From positions 1 through 24,086 of IMG/VR virus record IMGVR_UViG_3300043472_000009: 24,086 nucleotides of DNA. One strand, given 5' to 3'. Shown here in pieces: positions 15,512-23,565 of the stretch (position 1 is the first letter of the stretch; each line of letters starts with the position of its first letter). Source of the DNA: a virus. Lineage: Duplodnaviria; Caudoviricetes. A program made the position numbers and the translations under genes. The notes beneath the pieces were generated by a model. It was not told the DNA's origin. It worked only from the letters and a program-made list of their open reading frames with translations, and did not search any database.

Positions 15512-16264
15512 GTGGCGAGGAACTTCAACGGCTCGTCGTACGTCCGGACGGCCCCCGGCGCGCTGGCATCAGTGACGGCGTTTACGACGGTCGCAGTGGC
15601 GCAGCCGAGCGTGCAGACCTCGAGCATGTACGTGCTGTCTCTGATCACCGGCGGCAGCAGCAACTCCGGTTTTCGTCTGACGTCCAGCGCCCAAGTCGCG
15701 CTGGCGGTCCAGAACACCCAATACAACCCTTCCCCGACCGTCAGTTTCGCCACCAGTGAGGGTTGGCTTCTCCTGGTCGCGACGAAGCCTGCTGGGACGT
15801 CCACGGCCAAGGTTTACAAGTACGTCTACGGCACTGACGCCTGGGCCAGCGGTACCGTCGCCTCCGTTCCCGATCCGAGCACCACGATCGCCATGGTTGG
15901 CATCGGAGATGGGGCCTTCCGTTTCCAAGGCGATATCGCCGCGGGCGCATGGTTCAACTACGCGCTGACCGACGATCAAGTCTTGACTCTGCCGTATTCG
16001 CTCGGAGCATGGACCAGTCTCGCCCCGAAGGGGATGTGGGTCCTCGACCAACCGGCTACCGCTCAGCACGTCGTCGACTGGACCGGTAACGGGTCCAACG
16101 AGAACGACATCTCCGGTTCCACCGTCTCCACAAGCAGCGTCCCGATTCTGGGTTACGGCCACCCCGTCATTCTGAAAACCCGGCAGGCGGGTGCCCCTCC
16201 TGCGTCCGCCGCCCCACCACCGAGATCCGCCTTCCGCCGCAACATGCACCTGCTGACCCGATAG
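15512..16264 (+). CDS. LamG/concanavalin-A-like domain protein
   Basis: ARNFNGSS start and IG...FQGDIA....FNYALTDDQV, typical of a LamG_3 C-terminal motif; then W.LD...D.TGNG. Confidence 0.7.
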   Translation: MARNFNGSSYVRTAPGALASVTAFTTVAVAQPSVQTSSMYVLSLITGGSSNSGFRLTSSAQVALAVQNTQYNPSPTVSFATSEGWLLLVATKPAGTSTAKVYKYVYGTDAWASGTVASVPDPSTTIAMVGIGDGAFRFQGDIAAGAWFNYALTDDQVLTLPYSLGAWTSLAPKGMWVLDQPATAQHVVDWTGNGSNENDISGSTVSTSSVPILGYGHPVILKTRQAGAPPASAAPPPRSAFRRNMHLLTR

Positions 16265-16272
16265 GACACCGC

Positions 16273-16764
16273 ATGGTTCCCCTCCGCTGCTACACGGTCA
16301 GCTTCGCCGCCTCGGCGCAGACTGCGGCGATCGACTTCTTCGAACTGATCACTGGGACCGGCGGAGCGATTGCCCTTCTCGGCTTGGAGATCGGGCAATC
16401 CACCGAGTTGGGTGACGCGCAGGAGGAGAAGGTTCGCCTCAAGATCACGCGGGCAACGGGTTCCTACACGTCTGGGTCCGGCGGCAACACCGGCGTCGCC
16501 CGCCCACCTGTACGGGCTGGCGAGGCTGCGGCAACCTTCACCGCGGAAACCCTCAACACGACCCAGATCGCAGTCGGCTCCGGCACCCTGACCGTCATGT
16601 CGCAGTACCCGTTCGAGGTGCGAGCCGGCTACGAACGGTTCTGGACTCCGGAAACGGCCTTCACTGCTGGCCCCTCGTCAGCATTGGCGATCGGGTTGGC
16701 GGCGGCACCGGCAGATTCGGTGACCTGGGAAGGCACCGCGTACGTCGCAGAGCTGAGCGCGTAA
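16273..16764 (+). CDS. Putative beta-rich virion protein
   Basis: 163 aa with an AGGA SD and alternating beta-strand patterns; lies within the cassette. Confidence 0.65.
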   Translation: MVPLRCYTVSFAASAQTAAIDFFELITGTGGAIALLGLEIGQSTELGDAQEEKVRLKITRATGSYTSGSGGNTGVARPPVRAGEAAATFTAETLNTTQIAVGSGTLTVMSQYPFEVRAGYERFWTPETAFTAGPSSALAIGLAAAPADSVTWEGTAYVAELSA

Positions 16765-16783
16765 TCCTGTGAGGCGGTGACCG

Positions 16784-18568
16784 GTGGGACGGGCCATTTT
16801 CCGCCGCCGCTGGCTGATCCAGTATCAGCCCCGGCGTCGCTACTTGCCGACCGCTTCGGTAGTCACCGGTTTCAGCCTTGACGCCCAGCCCGCCGGGGCG
16901 CTGCCTTCCGGTAGCCCGAGCATCCTCGGAACCGTCACGACCCGGCACAACCTGTGCCCCAACCCGGCCTGCGGTAGCAACGTCACCGGCTGGGGCGGCG
17001 GCTCCACCCCCACCCAAACAACCGGCCTGACCGGGCTCCCCGTCACCACCGGCGCCCGCTACACCGCCAACGGCTACATCCAAACCCCCGCCGCCGCCGC
17101 CTCGCCCGGTGTCACGTACACGGTCAGCGCGTACGTCGCGAACAACTCCGGCTTCAACTCCGGCACCAAAACGGTGTACCTGACATTCGTCCGGTCGGTC
17201 GGTGGGGACGACTTCTCCCAAACCACCACCACCTCCCTGCTCAACGGTGCAGTGACACGGGTCAGCCACACCGGGGTCGCACCGGCGAACACCACCGGCG
17301 TGTACCTGATCATCGACACGTTGAACGGCACCACCGGCACCGGCTTCGACGTCACCGCCTGCCTGATGGAAGCGGCCACCCTCGGCCCCTACTTCGACGG
17401 CAACACGCCCGGAGCGAGCTGGGATAGCACCCCCGACAACTCCACCAGCACGTTCGTCGCAGCCGGGGACATCCTCGCCCCCATCCCCGCGGGTACGGCA
17501 CCGTCCGGGTCCGGGGTCGCCTTCACGACCGGGACGACCCTGTCCGTCCAGCCCGCGGCAACCATGCCGTCGGGCGCCGGCGACATGTTCACCACGGGAA
17601 CCGTGGTCGCGGTCACGCCGGCCGGGTCCAGCCCCACCGGATCCCCCGTCGGCCTCGACGGCACCACGATCCTTGGTGTCACCCCGGCGGGAACCGGCCC
17701 GTCCGGTAGTGCGGTCACGTTCACCGCTGGAAGCCCCGGCGGACTCACCGCCCAGCCCGCCGCCACCATGCCCGCCGGTTCCCCGGTAGGCCTGATCGCC
17801 GGGACCGTCCTCACGGCGCAACCGGCGGGGACCACACCGTCCGGTGGGACGTGCACGTTCACCCTCGGCACACCCGGCGCGACAACCCTCACGGTCGGCC
17901 CGGCGGGAACACTGCCCGGCACCAGCCCCGTCCAGTTCGCCACGGGAACCGTGTTCGCCGTCGCCCCGGGCGGAGCCGCACCCAGCGGTAGCCGGGTCAC
18001 ACTCACCACGGGCATCACCCTGACCGCCGCACCCGCCGGCACACTCCCGTCCGGCGCCGGGATCACCTCGATCGTCGGGCAAGCCCTCACCGTCATCCCC
18101 GCCACCACCCAACCAGCCGGAAGCCCGGCCGTGTTCGGCAGGACAACAATCCTCAACCCCATCCCCGCCATCACCCTGCCCGCCGGTGGGCAAGTCACCT
18201 TCACGGCCAGAGAAGCCCTCATCGTCACCGCCGCGGGCACCCTCCCCCGAGGCGCACCCGTCGTATTCACCGGCAGCGCCACATCCCAGCGACGGCCCGG
18301 CATCCTCACCCCCGGCTCCACACGCACCTCACCCGCCGCCGGAACCCTCCCCTACCCGCGGCTCACCGCAGGCACCCTCCGCGGACCCGCCTACGGGGGA
18401 CTACCCACACCCACACCACCGTTAGGGGCCGCGTTCACCTTCGCCTCCCCGGTGGTGGTCGCCGACCTCAACATCGCCGGGCTCGCCACCGACGGGAACG
18501 TCCTGATAGTCGACACGGACCTCACCTCGTCCACGATCGACGGGCCTGTCCTCGTCGTGACCGTCTAG
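16784..18568 (+). CDS. Fibre-like protein: CBM4/9-like domain plus 22-aa tandem repeats
   Basis: HNLCPNP....VTGW...PG.TYT.SAYV...YFDG domain (~16946-17455), followed by P/T/G/A-rich repeats. Confidence 0.75.
   Translation: MGRAIFRRRWLIQYQPRRRYLPTASVVTGFSLDAQPAGALPSGSPSILGTVTTRHNLCPNPACGSNVTGWGGGSTPTQTTGLTGLPVTTGARYTANGYIQTPAAAASPGVTYTVSAYVANNSGFNSGTKTVYLTFVRSVGGDDFSQTTTTSLLNGAVTRVSHTGVAPANTTGVYLIIDTLNGTTGTGFDVTACLMEAATLGPYFDGNTPGASWDSTPDNSTSTFVAAGDILAPIPAGTAPSGSGVAFTTGTTLSVQPAATMPSGAGDMFTTGTVVAVTPAGSSPTGSPVGLDGTTILGVTPAGTGPSGSAVTFTAGSPGGLTAQPAATMPAGSPVGLIAGTVLTAQPAGTTPSGGTCTFTLGTPGATTLTVGPAGTLPGTSPVQFATGTVFAVAPGGAAPSGSRVTLTTGITLTAAPAGTLPSGAGITSIVGQALTVIPATTQPAGSPAVFGRTTILNPIPAITLPAGGQVTFTAREALIVTAAGTLPRGAPVVFTGSATSQRRPGILTPGSTRTSPAAGTLPYPRLTAGTLRGPAYGGLPTPTPPLGAAFTFASPVVVADLNIAGLATDGNVLIVDTDLTSSTIDGPVLVVTV
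17468..18277 (+). repeat. 12 degenerate ~66-nt (22-aa) coding repeats
   Basis: Units such as TTLSVQPAATMPSGAGDMFTTG, TILGVTPAGTGPSGSAVTFTAG and ITLTAAPAGTLPSGAGITSIVG; consensus L-x-x-x-P-A-G-T-x-P-S-G-x-x-V-x-F. Confidence 0.85.
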
Positions 18569-18578
18569 GAAGGGACCG

Positions 18579-20072
18579 ATGGCAACGAAGCGCATCCCCA
18601 TCCTCGACGGCGCCGACAAGGTCCCCGTAGCCCAGCTGCCAGTCGGGACAGCCGCGGGGACCGTCGCCGCTGGGGACGACGCGCGCATCGTGGGTGCGCT
18701 GCCGAAAACCGGCGGCACCATGACCGGACAGTTGTACACCGCCGACGGGGCACGACTCCCCCTGACATATCCGTCGTATCGGCGGCCCCGCTGGCGCGAC
18801 ACCACCGGCTACGCCGAAACGTTCCAGACCGGACACGGCTGGGTCACCAACGGCTCCGGCGTCGCCACCTCCAACCTCAACGACACCGCGTCGTTCTGCC
18901 GGGGCACCCAATCCGCCACCGTCACCTCCGACGGCACCCTCGGGCACACCGCAGCCGTACGCAAAACCAGCATCGCAGGCCTGTCATCACTGGACCTGAC
19001 CGACAAAATGTTCCGCCTCGTCGTACGCGTCGAAGCCGGACTCGCGGCCCTGTCGAACCTGAACTTCTTCCTCGGCACCAGCGGCTTCACCAACTACTTC
19101 AAATGGGTCCTCAACCCGGTTACCGCATCCAGCAACTATGTGACCCAAGGCCAATGGGTGACCCTCACCTTCGGGTGGGGTGACCTCAACAGCGCCGCCG
19201 GCACCATGACCATCGGCTCCACTGGTGCACCGTCCACCCGGACCGGGTTCACCGACATGCAAGTCCAGGTCACCGACGCCGGGGTCGCAGGCGGCTGCCA
19301 ACTGCGCGTCCAAGCCGTCGAGATCATCGACGCGACCACCACCACATTCCCGAACGGTGTCATCTCCCTCACCTTCGACGACTCGTGGCAGTCGCAGTGG
19401 GACCTCGCCCGCCCGGCGATGGACACGTACGGGTTCCGGGGCACCCAGTACACGATCGTCGACCAGATCGGCACGGCCAGCCACGTCACCCTCGACCAGC
19501 TACAAAGGCTGCAAGGCCAGTCCGGGTGGGAGATCGGCGGGCACGCCTACACGGCGGCTGCGCACACCGCCCGGCTGACCACGTTCACCGCAGCGCAAGT
19601 CGACCAGGAAATCGGCGACCTGAAAACGTGGCTGGTACAACACGGCTTCGACGGTGACAGCTTCGCCTACCCGGGCGGGCAGTTCGAACAGACCACCGAC
19701 GCGGTGTGGGTGGAAGACATCTGCGCCCGCTACTTCTCGTCGAACCGGTCCATCCTCGCCCAGCCGACGAAAGCCGTCGAAACGTTCCCGGCGCCGATGC
19801 CGCACCGGCTCCGCGCGATCTCCGGCGTGTCCAGCCTCAACGCGGCGAACGGGTTGAACAATCCGGCGGGGATCGTCGCAGCCGGCGGGATCCTCGACAA
19901 GATCCTGACCGGCGGCGGCTGGCTGATCATGTGTTTCCACGACGTTGTCTCCGGTTCCCCGTCGGCCACCACGCAGATCAACGTCACCGATTTCCAAACC
20001 ATCATGGCGGGGATCAACTCCCGGGCCATTCCCGTCCTGCCCGTATCCGATGTGATCCGCTACTACGCCTGA
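18579..20072 (+). CDS. Polysaccharide deacetylase (NodB/CE4) with N-terminal phage anchor and beta-sandwich domains
   Basis: ISLTFDDSW, GWEIGGH...H, FAYPGG and IMCFHDV CE4 motifs; N-terminal LD...KVP.AQLP, GT.AGTVAAGDD.RI and LPK.GGTMTG.L motifs common in phage fibres. Confidence 0.85.
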   Translation: MATKRIPILDGADKVPVAQLPVGTAAGTVAAGDDARIVGALPKTGGTMTGQLYTADGARLPLTYPSYRRPRWRDTTGYAETFQTGHGWVTNGSGVATSNLNDTASFCRGTQSATVTSDGTLGHTAAVRKTSIAGLSSLDLTDKMFRLVVRVEAGLAALSNLNFFLGTSGFTNYFKWVLNPVTASSNYVTQGQWVTLTFGWGDLNSAAGTMTIGSTGAPSTRTGFTDMQVQVTDAGVAGGCQLRVQAVEIIDATTTTFPNGVISLTFDDSWQSQWDLARPAMDTYGFRGTQYTIVDQIGTASHVTLDQLQRLQGQSGWEIGGHAYTAAAHTARLTTFTAAQVDQEIGDLKTWLVQHGFDGDSFAYPGGQFEQTTDAVWVEDICARYFSSNRSILAQPTKAVETFPAPMPHRLRAISGVSSLNAANGLNNPAGIVAAGGILDKILTGGGWLIMCFHDVVSGSPSATTQINVTDFQTIMAGINSRAIPVLPVSDVIRYYA

Positions 20073-20081
20073 CCGGAGGCT

Positions 20082-20750
20082 GTGGTGTTGCAGGACCTGC
20101 CCGACATCAAATATCAGGGCGGCGCGATCGGCGTCGGGAAACGCCTCGACGCCAACGCGGGCCTGACCGCGGCTGGGACGGTGGCCCTGCCCGCCGCAGC
20201 GACGATCGGCGGGCTCACCGTCGCCGACCCGAACGTCATTCAACCCGCCGACCACGCCCTGATCGCCTGGTCCTACGACCCGTCGTTCGCGTCCACCGGC
20301 AACCTGCTCACCAACGGCACCTTCTACCTGTCCGCGGTACGGCTACGCCGCACAGCGACCATCGCAACCGTGTGGTGGGCCCAGTCCGCCGCCGGAGTCA
20401 CCGCAACGTCCGGGCAGAACTTCGCCTGCCTCATCAACTCGGCCGGCACAATCCTGTCCTCGGTGGGTGTCGACGCGAAAGTGACCGGCAGCGGCCCCCA
20501 AACGGCGACCCTCGGCACCCCGCAGACGAACCTGCCGGCAGGCCTGTACTGGGTGGGTCTGCTGTTCAATGCGGCCACCGCCCCCACCGCGGCCCGCACC
20601 AACGGCATCCAAACCGCCATCAACACCGCCGGGCAATCCGGTGCGACACTGCGGTACGCCACGAACGGCACCTCGCTGACAGCTTTGCCGGGTTCGGTGA
20701 CGCCGGGCAGCAACGCTATCGGCCCCTCGCTGTGGGCGGCGGTGAGCTGA
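20082..20750 (+). CDS. Putative beta-rich virion protein
   Basis: GGAGG SD; IAWSYDP...LPAGLYWVGLLFN; Ala/Thr/Gly-rich. Confidence 0.7.
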   Translation: MVLQDLPDIKYQGGAIGVGKRLDANAGLTAAGTVALPAAATIGGLTVADPNVIQPADHALIAWSYDPSFASTGNLLTNGTFYLSAVRLRRTATIATVWWAQSAAGVTATSGQNFACLINSAGTILSSVGVDAKVTGSGPQTATLGTPQTNLPAGLYWVGLLFNAATAPTAARTNGIQTAINTAGQSGATLRYATNGTSLTALPGSVTPGSNAIGPSLWAAVS

Positions 20751-20752
20751 CT

Positions 20753-21520
20753 GTGAGCAGCGACATCGGCGTCGGTGACTCGGAGCTCGCGTTCCTGGAC
20801 GTTGAACCCGCCGACGGCGGCACCCAGGTCACCCTGACCGTGGACCCGCCCACCGGCAGCCCGTTCCCGATCACCATGACCGCCGGGGCGCTCGTTGCGA
20901 TCCCGGACACGTCACCGGTGCAGTACACGTGCCGGTTCACCGCCGACACCCCGGTCGCGTATGACCAGGCTGGGCGCTGGATCCTCCACTATGAGGTCAC
21001 CGGCACTGGTGAAGGCGCCGAAGACCTCGAAGTGTTCGTCGTTGAATCCCCGGTTGCGGGTGGGCCGGTCTGGACACCAGGTCGTTCAAGGGTCGCGAAT
21101 TACGTGCCCCATCGAACTCTGGTCCGGTCCACGTCGACCGGCCTGGGAAGCGACGACGCGTACGCGTACACGTTCGACTCGACGACGCTACCCACCGGTA
21201 TACAACTGGATCGCATCATCGCCGACGGGGTCGCCTGGATCACCGCACGAACATCACCGACACTGAACGCGGGCCTCGCCGAGGCGGCGAGCGTGTGCGT
21301 CACGCTTTTTGCCGCCGCAATGGTAGAACGAAATTGGCCCGAAGACGGAACAGCACTACAGCGGGCCACCGACCTGGAACGCCGCCTCGACATCATGATC
21401 CGCGACCTGGTGGACGCCAACAACGTGGCCAACGGCACCGGTGACTACGGCATAGAGATCCTCCCGATGTGGACATTTCCAGTTGCCGATCCGCGCTGGG
21501 ACTACTCGTGCTACTGGTGA
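20753..21520 (+). CDS. Head-to-tail adaptor with N-terminal Ig-like domain
   Basis: Likely GTG start at 20753 (not 19706). Beta N-domain (VTLTV.PP.G...AGRW...Y.VTGTG) plus helical adaptor-like domain (T.PT..QLDRII....AAAMVE). Confidence 0.7.
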   Translation: MSSDIGVGDSELAFLDVEPADGGTQVTLTVDPPTGSPFPITMTAGALVAIPDTSPVQYTCRFTADTPVAYDQAGRWILHYEVTGTGEGAEDLEVFVVESPVAGGPVWTPGRSRVANYVPHRTLVRSTSTGLGSDDAYAYTFDSTTLPTGIQLDRIIADGVAWITARTSPTLNAGLAEAASVCVTLFAAAMVERNWPEDGTALQRATDLERRLDIMIRDLVDANNVANGTGDYGIEILPMWTFPVADPRWDYSCYW

Positions 21521-21539
21521 CATCCGCAGAGGAACCCAC

Positions 21540-21953
21540 ATGATCACACGCAAGATATCCACGAATCCGAGGCCGACGGCAAATGCCGCCATGGCCATCG
21601 TCGAGGACTGGCTCGCCGCGAACAGCATCGACGAGATGATCCCCGAGAAACCCACCGTCGAAGTGGACAACACCCTCAAGAGGATCATCTATCGGGCCTT
21701 CAAGTTCGAGGATGACGAGCGCGGCCACGAAGCGGCAAAGCTGCTGGTCGGCCACTCCTACGCCCTCATCGAGGACCGGATCGTGCCGCTCCTGGCCCCG
21801 CTCACACCCATCGTCCGGGACGCCTTCCAGGAACTGGAGGACGGCGAAGAACGCAGCCGGATCACTCTCGTCGAGGTCACCGGCAGGTCGTCGCGGTCCA
21901 CCAAGAACAACAGCTTCGCGGACCGGGCAAACAGGTTCCTTGCCAAGAAGTAG
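21540..21953 (+). CDS. Hypothetical protein in the neck region
   Basis: GAGGA SD then ATG at 21540; 137 aa, charged. Confidence 0.65.
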   Translation: MITRKISTNPRPTANAAMAIVEDWLAANSIDEMIPEKPTVEVDNTLKRIIYRAFKFEDDERGHEAAKLLVGHSYALIEDRIVPLLAPLTPIVRDAFQELEDGEERSRITLVEVTGRSSRSTKNNSFADRANRFLAKK

Positions 21954-21981
21954 CCCAACCGGATGCTCGGGGGTGGGTGCC

Positions 21982-22317
21982 GTGGCGGCGAGTGTGCGAG
22001 TGAAGTTCTCTGCGAATCGAGCCGGTATTACTGCGGCCTGCCGGTCGAATGAGATTTACTGGCACCTCGAGCACCGCGCCGACCTGGTCATCATCGAGGC
22101 CGAGGCCGCCGCGCCCGTACGCACCGGCCAGTACGCGTTCGGCACCGTCAACCCGGGCGGCTTCGAACGGACCCGGTTCCGCGCCAAGGGCGGAGTTGCG
22201 GGCGTCCGGGTGACCGCCACCGCACCACACTCGATCTTCGTCGAGAAGGGCAACAGTAGGGGCGCCCCGGCGCAGCACATCCTGCGCAATGCCCTGCGCG
22301 CGGCGGGCCGGCTGTGA
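21982..22317 (+). CDS. HK97 gp10-like tail completion protein
   Basis: GTG at 21982; APVRTG.Y, APHSIFVEKG and AQHILRNAL. Confidence 0.8.
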   Translation: MAASVRVKFSANRAGITAACRSNEIYWHLEHRADLVIIEAEAAAPVRTGQYAFGTVNPGGFERTRFRAKGGVAGVRVTATAPHSIFVEKGNSRGAPAQHILRNALRAAGRL

Positions 22318-22745
22318 CCGGCTACGCCGACCCGGAAGTCCTCATCCAAACCTGGCTGCACGAGCAGACCGCCGCGAAGACGTGGGCCGATCCGAGACTG
22401 CCGGGCAACTGGTCGTTCACCGCCCCCCTCGTCCACGTACAACGGGGCCAGGACTTCGGCGACGAACGGCTGTCCCTGGACATCGCCCTCATTGACATCG
22501 ACGTGTACGGCAAAGACCCCGACCATACTCGGGCGCTCGCGGAACAGGTCCGTGGGCTGATGCGGCTGGCGCTGCCGTTGCACACCTTCGACTCCGGCGT
22601 ATTCGTGAAGGCCGTGTTCACGGTGATGGCGCCGACGTGGTTGCCGTACCGAGATCCGGGTGGCAGCACACGTCAGGCTATCGATCCGAACATCGCCCGG
22701 CGGGGATCTACATACCGGGTCGTGTTGCACGGGATGGTGGCCTGA
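22314..22745 (+). CDS. Tail terminator protein
   Basis: Y.D.E.L...WL, P.V.VQR..G, D...IDIDVY.....AR.LA..VR and TY.V; GTGA overlap with the upstream gene. Confidence 0.78.
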   Translation: MTGYADPEVLIQTWLHEQTAAKTWADPRLPGNWSFTAPLVHVQRGQDFGDERLSLDIALIDIDVYGKDPDHTRALAEQVRGLMRLALPLHTFDSGVFVKAVFTVMAPTWLPYRDPGGSTRQAIDPNIARRGSTYRVVLHGMVA

Positions 22746-22936
22746 GACGTCCACCCGACGAGCAGGCCCGTTGGCGGCGGCGCAGGGCATTCCCCCATGT
22801 CGCACCTGAGGGTTGGTGCAGTTCCCCGACGTGGATGCCGCAGCCGTTGCTTCGCCTTTGAGTTCGCATTGCCCGCACCCGATAGATACCTAACCCGGCG
22901 CTCACCGCCGGGCCTTCACTATGCCCGGAGGAACTC

Positions 22937-23449
22937 ATGCCGTTGACCAGCCGAATCTCTATCGCGGCGTCCGCGATCCAAACCGCGGCACTCGACCTCG
23001 GCACCGCGTCGGCGCAACTGTCCAAGAGCTACATCGTCGACCTGGTCAACGGCACCGCCGCCGGTCAAGTCGACCGGATCTTCCACGATCAGCGCACCCT
23101 CACCGCATCGGCCAACGAAGACCTTGACCTGGCCGGCGCTCTGACTGACGCCTTCGGCACGTCCCTCACCTTCGTGCGGATCAAGGGACTCATCGTTGCT
23201 GCCGCAGCCGGGAACACCAACAACGTGATCGTGGGCGGTGCGACGTCGAACGGCTTCGTGTCCTGGGTTGGTGGCGCCACGCACACCGTGACCCTTCGCC
23301 CGGGTGCCGTCCTGGCGCTGACGGCCGGCTCAGCCGATGCCACCGGGTACGCGGTGACAGCTGCGACTGGCGACCTGCTGCGGATCGCGAACTCAGCGGG
23401 CACGACAGGAGTCACGTACGACATCGCGGTCATCGGCTGCTCCGCTTGA
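22937..23449 (+). CDS. Putative structural protein preceding the major tail protein
   Basis: GGAGGA SD; 170 aa, beta-rich (GT.AGQ.D.I..D.RTL......LDL.G.L.D.FG....F..IK). Confidence 0.7.
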   Translation: MPLTSRISIAASAIQTAALDLGTASAQLSKSYIVDLVNGTAAGQVDRIFHDQRTLTASANEDLDLAGALTDAFGTSLTFVRIKGLIVAAAAGNTNNVIVGGATSNGFVSWVGGATHTVTLRPGAVLALTAGSADATGYAVTAATGDLLRIANSAGTTGVTYDIAVIGCSA

Positions 23450-23478
23450 TCTTCGCTGGATAGCCCTGACCAACCGAA

Positions 23479-23500
23479 GGCCCCGCTTCTCGGCGGGGCC
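23479..23500 (+). terminator. Intergenic GC hairpin
   Basis: GGCCCCGC-TTCTCG-GCGGGGCC; lacks a U-tract. Confidence 0.45.
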
Positions 23501-23565
23501 ATCTGCATGTCTAAGCCGCCCGGCCTGAGCGCCGGATCCGTCTCCAATGCCACAAGGAGTTTGTC

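Noticed and set aside
16784-16860. Tat signal peptide (FRRR)
   Set aside because: No hydrophobic h-region or cleavage site follows.
17468-18277. CRISPR array or DGR template/variable repeat
   Set aside because: The repeats are degenerate in-frame coding units with no identical DNA repeats, spacers or adenine-specific variation; no cas or reverse transcriptase gene is in the window.
16661-18327. Long minus-strand ORFs (510 aa and 312 aa)
   Set aside because: Shadow frames of the GC-rich repeat gene; no motifs, and antisense to a coherent operon.
19706-20752. N-terminal 349 aa of the 604-aa track ORF
   Set aside because: Arg/Pro-rich off-frame overlap of two better-supported genes; the credible protein starts at 20753.
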